This document shows, piece by piece, positions 24,475 to 35,100 of a stretch of DNA of 64,000 nt (position 1 is the first letter of the stretch; the number at the start of each line of letters is the position of its first letter). Both the position numbers and the translations under genes were made by a program. The stretch is from Methanobacteriota archaeon (GTDB taxonomy: Archaea; Thermoplasmatota; Thermoplasmata; SG8-5; JAGLSY01): NCBI GenBank assembly GCA_020696385.1, contig JAEHCQ010000001.1, forward strand, positions 32,001-96,000, in the 5' to 3' direction. The notes under the pieces were generated by a model. It saw only the letters and a list, made by a program, of their open reading frames with translations, was not told the origin of the DNA and ran no database searches.

Positions 24475-26400
24475 TCATTTGCCTTTGCCATATTTTTCCT
24501 TTAGCTTTAGATAAGTATCCTCGGATATCTCTCCTTTAGAATACCTATGATCTACTCTCAACATGATATCTATTGGGAGTTCTTCTGGGCCGGGTATCTC
24601 TGGTTCACCACTGTAGGTTGAAGATTTTTCCCTTGATCGGAATATTAGAAGCACTGCCAAGAGGATCAGTACTCCCATGAGAGCGAATATCCAGATATAA
24701 TCCATGATGCCATCACTATGAACACCATTTTCAGATATATCTACCAGAACTTTGGTGCTTTTCTCTACACCATTGGAATTAATGGTCTTCAGTATAACGG
24801 AATAATTTCCAGGTGTCCAGAAATGGAAACAGCAGGAATGACCATAGAGAGTTGTTGAAGTTCTGTTGTATTCAAATGTCCAGGTACAATTGACGATATT
24901 TGAGTCATCAAAGGAATCGGCACAATTGAAGGTGACTGGCTCTCCACACTTTGTCAGAATGGTGACATATTCCATGGCATCATCACTCATGACCAGTTCC
25001 CAAGAATGGAGAACTGGAGATCTTAGACTATTGCTTTTGAACTGGGCCACCAACTGCAGATTGGGATGATCCAAACAGCTGATATTGGATATGTCTATAT
25101 CATCCCCTTCCAGATCTGCGAAGCTTTCAATAATTGATCCTGAATCGGCGTCCCGGATGGATACTGATATTGTATTGTCTGTATCTATCCCAGACTTACT
25201 GATGTTCAGAGAGACCCAGGCTTTGTTCTCCGGGATCTGGATCGGCTTGGTGATGATCTCACCTTGTGAGATATAGAATTCAGATAGGTAATCCGTCTCG
25301 GCGTAGTGGACCAAATGGGAAGTATTGAATCCATAATACCATAATCTTACTAAGCCTCCATCATCGATCATCACATTAGGTCCGCCTAATCTTCTGGAGT
25401 CAGTAACAAGGCTTGGGCTCAAAACCTCTCCATGTTTTGTCCAGTTATTTCCATCGGTCGATGTTGCGAAGCATATGACTGTTTGTCCATAGTAGGGATA
25501 TCCAGAATACCAAAGCAGAAAAGTATCGTTATGATAGACCATGAATGGTTCGGTCAACCACATGAAGTCCGGGGATCCTGGGCCACTGGTGTTTAGGAAC
25601 ATGCCCTCTTTCTGCCAATTTACACCATCGCTGGAGGTGGCCATGTGCAGCTTCTTTGTCACGCCATCATATCCAACGTACACCATTTTGTATGTCCCGT
25701 CAGGCATTTTGATGACCTTGCCATTTTCCAGTCCCATAAAGTCTGTTGTGCCATAGGGTCCATTACCCAGGATCTTTCCCTGATCTATCCAGTTTAGACC
25801 ATCATCGGAGGTGGCCATATACATCTCAAAATAATTGGTGTCAGCATCCTGTCCGCTGTAGTACATCTTGTAACCATCATCATCTTTCAAAACACAAGGA
25901 ACAGCTATACCGCGCATATTGTTCTTCATGGTGACCGAGTCGGGTCCGAATGCCACGCCTTGCTTTGTCCAATTCTCTGCATCTGTCGAAGTAGCGTACA
26001 TTATACTGTAAGTGTAGTCCGGGTGTGGATTCCTGTAGCCAGTGTACCACATCTTGTAGATACCGTCATCTTTCAACACGAAAGGTTGCATCGTCCATTT
26101 ACAGTCAATGTCAGTTGCCGTTCCATTGGGTACTGCCACACCCTTCTTGTCCCAGGCCAGAGGATCGAAACCAATATTGAGCAGGCTGGCTTCCCCATTC
26201 TCGATCCTTAAGTTGTCATAATGATCTATTCCAGATGAGTCATCAAGATCATCAGACCAAACGGAAGTCGAATCAGAAATATCCACGATCTCCGTACTGG
26301 ATACTATATTAAAGGGCTGAAAAATATTGAGCAATAAAACTATAGAAATGACCAATGTCATGCTCCATGTAAGTTGCCCACGATGAATGCTTACTCTCAT
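24475..26400 (-). CDS. Surface protein: one GH43/GH130-like five-bladed beta-propeller, PKD domain, TM, SHOCT-like tail
   Basis: Signal peptide; five repeats of P.V......KMWY.G....I..A.S.DG..W.K.G; PKD (CTWTF...PGNYSV); TM; tail RYSKGEISEDTYLKLKEKY. Confidence 0.8.
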   Translation of the reverse strand: MRVSIHRGQLTWSMTLVISIVLLLNIFQPFNIVSSTEIVDISDSTSVWSDDLDDSSGIDHYDNLRIENGEASLLNIGFDPLAWDKKGVAVPNGTATDIDCKWTMQPFVLKDDGIYKMWYTGYRNPHPDYTYSIMYATSTDAENWTKQGVAFGPDSVTMKNNMRGIAVPCVLKDDDGYKMYYSGQDADTNYFEMYMATSDDGLNWIDQGKILGNGPYGTTDFMGLENGKVIKMPDGTYKMVYVGYDGVTKKLHMATSSDGVNWQKEGMFLNTSGPGSPDFMWLTEPFMVYHNDTFLLWYSGYPYYGQTVICFATSTDGNNWTKHGEVLSPSLVTDSRRLGGPNVMIDDGGLVRLWYYGFNTSHLVHYAETDYLSEFYISQGEIITKPIQIPENKAWVSLNISKSGIDTDNTISVSIRDADSGSIIESFADLEGDDIDISNISCLDHPNLQLVAQFKSNSLRSPVLHSWELVMSDDAMEYVTILTKCGEPVTFNCADSFDDSNIVNCTWTFEYNRTSTTLYGHSCCFHFWTPGNYSVILKTINSNGVEKSTKVLVDISENGVHSDGIMDYIWIFALMGVLILLAVLLIFRSREKSSTYSGEPEIPGPEELPIDIMLRVDHRYSKGEISEDTYLKLKEKYGKGK

Positions 26401-26498
26401 TCAATACCCAATACTACAATATAATTATAGTATTTAAGAATAGAACAGAGCTTTTAATGATTAGGTATCCCATGTTAATGGAAGTTACCACTGTGGCA

Positions 26499-29400
26499 TT
26501 AAGGCTTACTGTACTTTTCTTTTAGCATCTGATAAGTTTCTTCAGATACATGTCCCTCTGCATGTCTCAGCTCCAGTTTATCCAGCATTTCTTGGTTCTC
26601 GGGAGAGATTGGAGGTGGTGGAGCTACATAGTCAGATGGTGGAGGGGGAGGCGAAGGAGCTATACCTGATGGTGGAGGAGACTGCTGTTGTGGTGCCTGA
26701 GGCGGTTGCTGAACTTGAGCAATGGGTGGAGCAGGTTGAGCATGGATCCTCACAGGCTCTTTATCTTTCTTTCTCCTGGATGCCATTATCAAGATCAAAG
26801 CAAGCACTATGACAATTATGAGTAGCAGGATCAACCATGTCCAATCAAAACCACCATCATCTCCTTCGGCCAAGACCTCGATTATGACAGAATCAGTATC
26901 CCAATTACCTTCAATATCCGAGGCATTCAAGGAGACGATATAGGTTCCCTCATCCATGAATGTGAAGGTGGGGTTCTCACCATATAATTTGATCTCTTCG
27001 TCATCATAAGTGAAGGTCCAGGTATAATTGGATATGTCAAGGTCACCGGATGAGCCAGAACCGTCGAATTGGAAGATTGTTCCACATATGCAGTCTTTAT
27101 TACTCCCTGCATCTGCTTCTATGCTTGAAGGATCAGCATCTTCACCTTCTACCTTGATAGTTAATCTATCCGTAGCAGAATTGCCAGAGGAATCTATGAT
27201 ATTCAAGGTAATAAGATATGAACCTGGCAGCAAGAATTCGTATGAGAAAGAAGAACCGGCAAACACACGCTCCTGGCCATCATAGGTGAAGTTCCAGGAA
27301 TATGTCGATATGCCTATATTATCCATAGAGCCATTAGAGCTGAAATACAATAAGGGAACGGACTTGTCATCCACCAAGGCATGTACCTCGGGAATATCAT
27401 TGTCTATAACATCCAGAGATATCTGGGCAGTACTATTCCAATTGCCCAGAACATCACAGACTGAGATATAATAGATGAATTCCAGCGCATTGTCCGGCAT
27501 GGAAAGTTCGAGATTGTAATTGCTCAATCCAAATATGGACATTGTGTCATTATGCCAGCTTCCCAATCCAGTGGTCAGTTCATATCTGAAATTCAAATAG
27601 ACATCATCGATCCCGATGAGATCCTGCACGACACAGGTAGCTGTGAGATCATCACCTGTGGAAGGAGAGCCGGATGTAAGATCCAGTATCTCGGGCAATA
27701 GCTTGTAGCAGCCTTCGACATCAGCTACGGTTGAAACGGATTCGTACAGCAATGTGGTCGCATTGCCAGAGCGAGAATAGAATTGGTAATAGCCTTCGCC
27801 ATCAGCTGCATCGAAGTTCATTGAGAATGGGTAGGTCGTATCATTCGAGTATATCGACCATGCTCCCCATGTTGAATCATCTGAAGAGAAACTGTACCAG
27901 AACTCGACATATTCAGACCCAACGGCAGTAGCAGAAAGAGTCAGTGGAATGCTCATCCAATAATATTCTGATAGTGGTAGCATATCGGAAACTGGCTCGA
28001 TGACACCAAGGGCCACGACCTCGTCAGCATTGCCCAGATTGACCTCGACTTGATCCAATTTATCTGTCGCGATAGTGTAGAATTGATAAAATCCAGCATT
28101 TGTATAACTGAAGTTCCAGAAATATGGGGAGATAGTGGCATTCCCATAGGAACTCCAGGCACTCCAAGATAGATTATTGAGCGAGGAGCGATAGAATAAT
28201 TCCACCTGCTTTATGCCTACACCAGTATCGTTCGCTGTGGCATTTATGACCAGAGGATCATCGAAATTCCAGTATGGATTGATCACGTCTACTTGACTTG
28301 AAGGAAGTGTGATATCATAACCAACTGATGTATCCGACACTCCGGGAGCGACCTCATATGCACCAGAGGTCACATTTCCAGCCCTTGAGTAGAACTCGTA
28401 ATAGCCTTCACCATCGGGGAAAGTGAAGCTAGAGGTCCAGCTTGCATCAGAAGTGTCATTGGAATATTGAGACCAGGCACTCCATGTTGAATTATCAGAG
28501 GCGAAATGATACCAGAATTCCACGTATTCAGAACCAAATGCGGTTGCTGTTAATGCAAGTGGGCTTGTATTATGCCAGTAAGGAATAATTGAATCAGCCC
28601 ATGATACTGGCGATATTATATCATACATCGCCAGAGCATCTGCAGCTGCGGGCGCGACCTCATATACACCAGAGGTCACATTTCCAGCCCTCGAATAGAA
28701 CTCGTAATAGCCTTCACCGCCAGGGAAGGTGAAACTGGAGGTCCAGCTTGCATCAGAAGTGTCATTGGAGTATTGTGACCAGGCACCCCATGTTGAATTA
28801 TCAGAGGCAAAACGATACCAGAATTCAACATATTCCGCATCTGATGAGGTTGCTGTCAGTGGAAGTGGACCTGTATTATGCAGATATGGAGATACCGCAT
28901 CGATAGATGAGGCAATTGAAGTACCGTCGGTCCAGTTCACATTCCAATCATGGAGCTCGGGGCTGGCACTTCCATTTCCTGAAATGATCCCATGCAATCG
29001 TATAGATGGATACGCTGTAGAGTCCAGTCCAGAAATATCAATATTCGTGCCTGCCATATTTACAAAGCCAGATATGGGATCTCCAGTCACAACATCAAGT
29101 ATTGTGACTGTGATATTGTTCTCCGCACTAGGTTCGGATTTGGATATATCGAGGCTGTCCCATATCTTTCCAGCAGGCAGAGATATGGATTCTGAGGTGA
29201 TATTGCCTTTGGCAAAGTATGAAAGGGGCATTGTGGCCCAGTGTATCCGATATTGACCAGCTGTATTTCCAGCATACCACATCTTTGCATACCCATCCGT
29301 ATCAATAATTACAGATGGGTTGGTCACTGCTGTATCATCGGTGCCAGAAGAACTTTGTGGCAGGCTGAGACCATGCTTGGTCCAGTTATCACCATCAGAG

Positions 29401-32063
29401 GAAGTTGCATACAATATCTCTGCACCATTGGCACTGCTGGAGCCAGTGTAGAACATGTAATACAGGTCATCGATCTCAATTATATTTGGACATGCGGCTG
29501 AATTCTCATCACGGTCCCCAGGAGATCCTATATCGACAATCACGCCTATTTTTGTCCAGGCGATTCCATCAGGTGAAGTTGCCAGGTGAATCCTGAATAT
29601 ATTGGATGTATCAGAACCTCCATAGAACATTCTATATTCGCCATTGGACTTGAGCACGGACTTAAAGGCCGTGTGCTTATCATCAGTACCTCCTGGCAAT
29701 CCACCAAGAGGTATAACAACACCATATTTTGTCCAGGTGATACCATCGGTAGAAGTTGCATAATGGATCTTCCATTCAGTACCATCATGCCCATCATACC
29801 ACATCTTATAGATTGAATCTTCTTTGATGACATATGGATACCCAGTATGTCTATCATCTGAACTGCCAGAGCTGCCCAATGGCACAACAGATCCAAGCTT
29901 AGTCCATGCTATACCATCGGTAGAAGTTGCATAACATACACGATAGGTCATTGACAGATCAACACCAGTATACCACATTTTATAAATGCCATCATCCTTG
30001 ATCACATAAACCCCCAGGTTCATATGTCTGTCATCTCCAACTGCACTCAGATCAAAAGCTAAATTCTGCTTATCCCATGTATCAAACTCAATATGGAATG
30101 GTGTTTTGGCATAATGGATCCTGTAAGCACTGCCATCATGGCCCGTGTACCACATCTTGATATAGCCATCTGAGTCTAGTAGGACTCTGGGAGCTATGAG
30201 CCGATCATCATCTGAATCTCCGGGAGCCCCTGGCACTACTGCTTGCCCTTGCTTTGTCCATGTCAAACCATCAGAAGAGCTTGCATAAAGGACATAACTC
30301 ACACCGAATGAAGGAGCTCCTCTGTACCACATATGGTATTCACCATTTAGCTTGAGAACAGACGGTTCGCCTGAGATCAGCATGTCGTATGTTCCACCAT
30401 TGGGAACTGCGATTCCTTGTTTTGTCCATGACAGACCATCAGCAGATGTCGCATAGATAACGTCCCCACTTGTCGAGCTGGAGAGACCGAAATACCACAT
30501 TTTATAGATCCCATCTTCTTTGATTATCGATGGAGAACTTAATCCAAAATCATCATACGAGCCACCAGTTCCCAGATTCAGACCTGTGGCAACACCTTGC
30601 TTACTCCATGTCATTCCATCTGCAGAAGTAGCATAATGCATCCTGTAATTACTACCATCATGTCCGCCATACCACATTTTGTAGGTCGCGCCTTCTTTCA
30701 TCACAAAGGGACTGGATATATGGGCATCATCTGTTGCCCCAGAGGTCCCAATGTCTAGTACAAGGCCCTGCTTGTTCCAGGTCACCCCATCAGAGGAGTC
30801 TGCATAAAGTACACGATTATTACTGCCGTCATAGCCAGTATACCACATCTTGTATGTGGATCCATCCTTAATTATTCCAGGGGCAGTTGTCCAAGTAGAA
30901 TCCTGTGAATAAGTACCTATGTCAACTGCAACACCCTGCTTGTCCCAACTCATGGGCTCGAATGATCTGGGGTTCATGGTGGCTAGGAGCAATCTATACT
31001 TGTTAACAGGAGCCCAGTTAGTTCCACTGTACCAATGCTTTAAGGAGCCATCAGAATCTATAATGACATGTGATTGAGATACACTCTGATCTTCTCCAAC
31101 CACATCCCCATAGTTTATGTCGAGACCTTTCTTATCCCAGTTGATACCATCTATTGATGTTGCATATAGGATGGTGAGGCGAGAGCCCGTATCTCTACCA
31201 CTGTACCACATGTTATATATGCCCCCCAGCCTGATGACACTTGGAAAGTATACTCCTGTTGCTTCATAGGATGATGACCCATAGTCTATGACACGCCCCT
31301 GCTTGACCCAGGTAATTCCATCTGTAGAAGTAGCATGGAATATTCTCAAACCAGATCCATCATAGCCAGTATACCACATTTTGTAAGTGCCGCCTTCTAT
31401 TAACACAGTGGGTGATGAAACAAATACATCCTCCTGCGAGCCCCCTATATCAAGAGCTATACCCTGTTTGGCCCAGGTGATCCCATCAGGCGAAGTGGCA
31501 TATAGTATCCTATAATTACTACCATCACCACCAGCATACCACATCTTGTAAATGCCGCTGTCCTTCAGAACATATGACATTCTAATATCGTTGCTGTCAT
31601 ATACTCCGCCTGGACTCAAGACAACACCTTGCTTGTTCCAATTCTCCCCATCAGTAGAGGTGGCATATATTATTTTGAAGGTTACACCTCCATCATTACT
31701 CCCACTATACCACATCTTGTAAATTCCATTATCAGTGATCACACATGAGTACATGGCATGGTCACTATCACTAGCTGTGTCAGTATCCACAACAATACCC
31801 TGCTTAACCCAATCTTTCCAGTATATGGAAGTGTTCAATGATACATCATGATCGATTCTGACATCATTGTATTCAGAGACACGAGTAATATTCTCAAAAG
31901 TATCATTCCACCCATCACCAGCTGCATAGACCACCGCTGGTACATCCTCGGCCATTGCCGAGCCCATTGGTACGATCAAAGATGATAGCATTATGCTCAA
32001 TGCCATAAGAAAACAAACTTGCTTTTTTATTATGCTCATATGCCCACTTCCACCACATATCAC
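26499..32063 (-). CDS. Large surface protein: three five-bladed propellers, Ig-like repeats, 2 PKD domains, TM, Pro-rich linker, SHOCT-like tail
   Basis: About 15 propeller-blade repeats; four ~100-aa VEFWY...YYEFYSRA-type modules; PKD domains; TM; PPPPP; tail RHAEGHVSEETYQMLKEKY. Confidence 0.8.
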   Translation of the reverse strand: MICGGSGHMSIIKKQVCFLMALSIMLSSLIVPMGSAMAEDVPAVVYAAGDGWNDTFENITRVSEYNDVRIDHDVSLNTSIYWKDWVKQGIVVDTDTASDSDHAMYSCVITDNGIYKMWYSGSNDGGVTFKIIYATSTDGENWNKQGVVLSPGGVYDSNDIRMSYVLKDSGIYKMWYAGGDGSNYRILYATSPDGITWAKQGIALDIGGSQEDVFVSSPTVLIEGGTYKMWYTGYDGSGLRIFHATSTDGITWVKQGRVIDYGSSSYEATGVYFPSVIRLGGIYNMWYSGRDTGSRLTILYATSIDGINWDKKGLDINYGDVVGEDQSVSQSHVIIDSDGSLKHWYSGTNWAPVNKYRLLLATMNPRSFEPMSWDKQGVAVDIGTYSQDSTWTTAPGIIKDGSTYKMWYTGYDGSNNRVLYADSSDGVTWNKQGLVLDIGTSGATDDAHISSPFVMKEGATYKMWYGGHDGSNYRMHYATSADGMTWSKQGVATGLNLGTGGSYDDFGLSSPSIIKEDGIYKMWYFGLSSSTSGDVIYATSADGLSWTKQGIAVPNGGTYDMLISGEPSVLKLNGEYHMWYRGAPSFGVSYVLYASSSDGLTWTKQGQAVVPGAPGDSDDDRLIAPRVLLDSDGYIKMWYTGHDGSAYRIHYAKTPFHIEFDTWDKQNLAFDLSAVGDDRHMNLGVYVIKDDGIYKMWYTGVDLSMTYRVCYATSTDGIAWTKLGSVVPLGSSGSSDDRHTGYPYVIKEDSIYKMWYDGHDGTEWKIHYATSTDGITWTKYGVVIPLGGLPGGTDDKHTAFKSVLKSNGEYRMFYGGSDTSNIFRIHLATSPDGIAWTKIGVIVDIGSPGDRDENSAACPNIIEIDDLYYMFYTGSSSANGAEILYATSSDGDNWTKHGLSLPQSSSGTDDTAVTNPSVIIDTDGYAKMWYAGNTAGQYRIHWATMPLSYFAKGNITSESISLPAGKIWDSLDISKSEPSAENNITVTILDVVTGDPISGFVNMAGTNIDISGLDSTAYPSIRLHGIISGNGSASPELHDWNVNWTDGTSIASSIDAVSPYLHNTGPLPLTATSSDAEYVEFWYRFASDNSTWGAWSQYSNDTSDASWTSSFTFPGGEGYYEFYSRAGNVTSGVYEVAPAAADALAMYDIISPVSWADSIIPYWHNTSPLALTATAFGSEYVEFWYHFASDNSTWSAWSQYSNDTSDASWTSSFTFPDGEGYYEFYSRAGNVTSGAYEVAPGVSDTSVGYDITLPSSQVDVINPYWNFDDPLVINATANDTGVGIKQVELFYRSSLNNLSWSAWSSYGNATISPYFWNFSYTNAGFYQFYTIATDKLDQVEVNLGNADEVVALGVIEPVSDMLPLSEYYWMSIPLTLSATAVGSEYVEFWYSFSSDDSTWGAWSIYSNDTTYPFSMNFDAADGEGYYQFYSRSGNATTLLYESVSTVADVEGCYKLLPEILDLTSGSPSTGDDLTATCVVQDLIGIDDVYLNFRYELTTGLGSWHNDTMSIFGLSNYNLELSMPDNALEFIYYISVCDVLGNWNSTAQISLDVIDNDIPEVHALVDDKSVPLLYFSSNGSMDNIGISTYSWNFTYDGQERVFAGSSFSYEFLLPGSYLITLNIIDSSGNSATDRLTIKVEGEDADPSSIEADAGSNKDCICGTIFQFDGSGSSGDLDISNYTWTFTYDDEEIKLYGENPTFTFMDEGTYIVSLNASDIEGNWDTDSVIIEVLAEGDDGGFDWTWLILLLIIVIVLALILIMASRRKKDKEPVRIHAQPAPPIAQVQQPPQAPQQQSPPPSGIAPSPPPPPSDYVAPPPPISPENQEMLDKLELRHAEGHVSEETYQMLKEKYSKP

Positions 32064-32123
32064 ATCTTATGATATATTGTATAGATGAAAGTGTTAAGAA
32101 TATATAAGCTTTCTGAGTAGGTA

Positions 32124-32155
32124 TGAAATATCAGACTTATTAGTCTGATATTTCA
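32124..32155 (-). terminator. 14-bp perfect hairpin overlapping the stop codon of the 1643-aa gene
   Basis: TGAAATATCAGACT-TATT-AGTCTGATATTTCA. Confidence 0.5.
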
Positions 32156-35100
32156 CATTTTCTTCTTCATTTCTCTTATGTATTCTTCTTCCGTTATCTC
32201 TCCTGATATCAGCTTTCTGTCCAATTCGCTCATACCATCAGTATCCCCGGTACCCTTCTTTTTCTTAATCTCCGAAGTGACCACAGTGCCTGTTAATAGC
32301 ACTATCACCACAAGGCCGATCAAGAACAAGCCAACAAATGATGGAGCATAGTTTTTCTGAGATTTGGAGTTCTCCATCTGCTCTGTTTCCAGGTCGTATA
32401 GCCCTTCATCACCATTTTCCTTAAGGATCAATAGGTCTACGCCTGGAGGTGTTGTGATAGCAAGAGAAGGCAGGAGGTTTGTATCATCCTCCAGTTCCCC
32501 TCCTTCAATGGCTATCACGGTTATCATGGGCGTGGGCCCGACTAGCAATCCTTCCCCGTCGATCGCATCATTGCCGGTAACCCAAGCCCCATCATTGAGA
32601 GAATATATGCCGGGGGATGTGAATTCCTGTTTCCCGGCTGGGTTTGGTTTTGTGGATATGATCAGGTCAAGAGTTTGAACCTCTCCTGCCACCATGGTCC
32701 CGATGTTCCATGTCAAATGTGTTGAGCCAGCTCTTCCGACTCCATTCTGCCCATGGATGAAGGAACCGTTCGATGCTGAATAATTCACCAGCTCAAGCTC
32801 AGCTGGAAGAACATCATGAACTACCACAACCAATACATCTGAATCGCCCTCATTGGCGACTGTTATGCGCAATACCCATCCGTATTTCGTATGGGTGTAA
32901 ACGACATCAGGGCCAGATGTCTTAACCTTGTCAATTGTCAGAACTCCGCCAATTGGTTCTATCGGCGGCTCCTCTGGCTCGAATACCGTTATCTGGCATT
33001 CGTCAGAGGCTACATGGCCATCATTATCAATTACTGTAAGAATTACGGTGAAATTGCCAGCCGTGGTATATCTATAGGATGGCATCAGACCATTGATTAT
33101 TGATCCATCTCCAAAGTCCCAGGAATAGGAAATTATTGTTCCATCTGGGTCATAGCTGCCAGAGGCATCGAACTGAACATCAGTGTTAAGGCAAACCATC
33201 TGATCGAGTCCTGCGTCTGCAACTGGTGGTAGATTAGGTAGAATAAATGGATTAATAGTCATTTGACCACTAGCCTGATTATTTGTGAGGTCTATATCAC
33301 CAGGAACGACATCAGAGGCAACTACTATCACAGAATGATCGCCAAGCTGATCTGCAAGCCAACTTGTAGATACTGTTGTAGCTCCATCAGCAGGAACAAA
33401 GATGCCATACTGCCTGTCGATAAGAGTTGCTTCTGAAACTGTATCAAGATAGAAAGATACAGTAGAATTTGCATCCTGACCGACCTTTGCAGCTGGTTTC
33501 TCGGCATAGAAAAGACGATTATGGCTACCATCGTAGCCAGTATACCAGGTCTTCATGGTATCACCCTCTATTGACACCTGACCAAATCCTATCGCACTGG
33601 TCTCCAAAGGCAGGGAGCCTTCAAGGACTATGCCAGTCCGGGTCCAGGAAATACCGTCTGGTGAAGAGGCATGTAATATCCTGCAGGGACCCGGGTATGC
33701 AGCGTAGCCTGTGTAATACATATCATATCCAGTGGCTGTTGGTATGATCCAAGGGAATGAAGCTGCTGGATAATCATATTGCCCATCATTGTTCAGAACG
33801 ACACCGTCCTTTATCCAGGGATCAGATAATTGAGCTTTGTGAGCGTGGCATATCCTGCCTTCGTTCGGAGAGCCCCAATCAGTCCCCCCATACCACATAT
33901 GCCATTCAGTCCCATCATAGAGAACAAAAGGAACGGTTACACCATCAGGATCCGCGGGAGTTCCATAGTCCATATCCATACCTAATTTCTGCCATGTTAT
34001 ACCGCTATCATAGGATATGGCCTTGTGAATATATCCACGGTAGCCGCCATTGGAGCCTATGCCAGTGTACCACATATGATAGATGCCACTGTCGTCCACC
34101 ATTACATATGGATGAAGGACACCGTACTCTTCATACGCATTGCCAAAATCAAGAGCCATTCCCTGCCTCTGCCAGCTTATTCCATCCTGGCTTGTGGCGC
34201 GGAATATTCTATATCTATATGTCAGGCTATCGTCCCCATCTCCATTGTACCACATGACATAACTTCCATCATCCAACTTCAGGACACATGGCTTTCCAAC
34301 ATGAAGATCCTCACCAGCTCCACCAAGATCGAGGATCACACCACTCTTATTCCAGGAACTGCTTTGACTCTGATCTCCAAGAATATCAACATCGATGGTG
34401 ATAATATCATTTTCAATGGCTTGATTATTTGATAAGGCCAATGAGTCCAATGAGATATCCACACCCACCAAAGGTGTGGTAATAGCATCAACACTTATCT
34501 GGACAACTGCCATATCATTGGAATTGTCCATATCAGATGGGGCGGAGTTGGTTATATCTGCTATAATGTCATAGTCTCCAGGGACAGCTGTCCAGTCAAA
34601 TGATATGATAGTATTGGAATCTGCTGGAACAAAGACATTTGTCTGCCTGTATATCAAATTTGAAGCAGATATTGTATCTAAATATAGAGATACAGTACAA
34701 TTTGCATCCTGGCCAACATTTCCAGCTGGTTTCTCTGCATAGAAAAGGCGTTGATGACTTCCATCATAGCCTGAATACCAACACTTCATGGTATCACCCT
34801 CAATCGACATCTGACCAAGTCCTATCATATTGGCCTCCAAAGGCAGGGAGCCTTCAAGGACTATGCCAGTCTTTACCCAGGTAAGACCATCTGATGAGGT
34901 CGCATGCAATATTCTAGAGGGGCCAGTGTATGGTATGGAACCAGTGTAGTACATCTCATAACCCGTATTTGTTGGTATGATACTGGGTGATACTGCGGAT
35001 GGGTAATCATATGGCCCATCATTGTTCAGAACGACACCGTCCTTTATCCAGGCATCAGATAACTGTGCCTTGTGAGCATGGCATATTCTTCCCTCATTCG

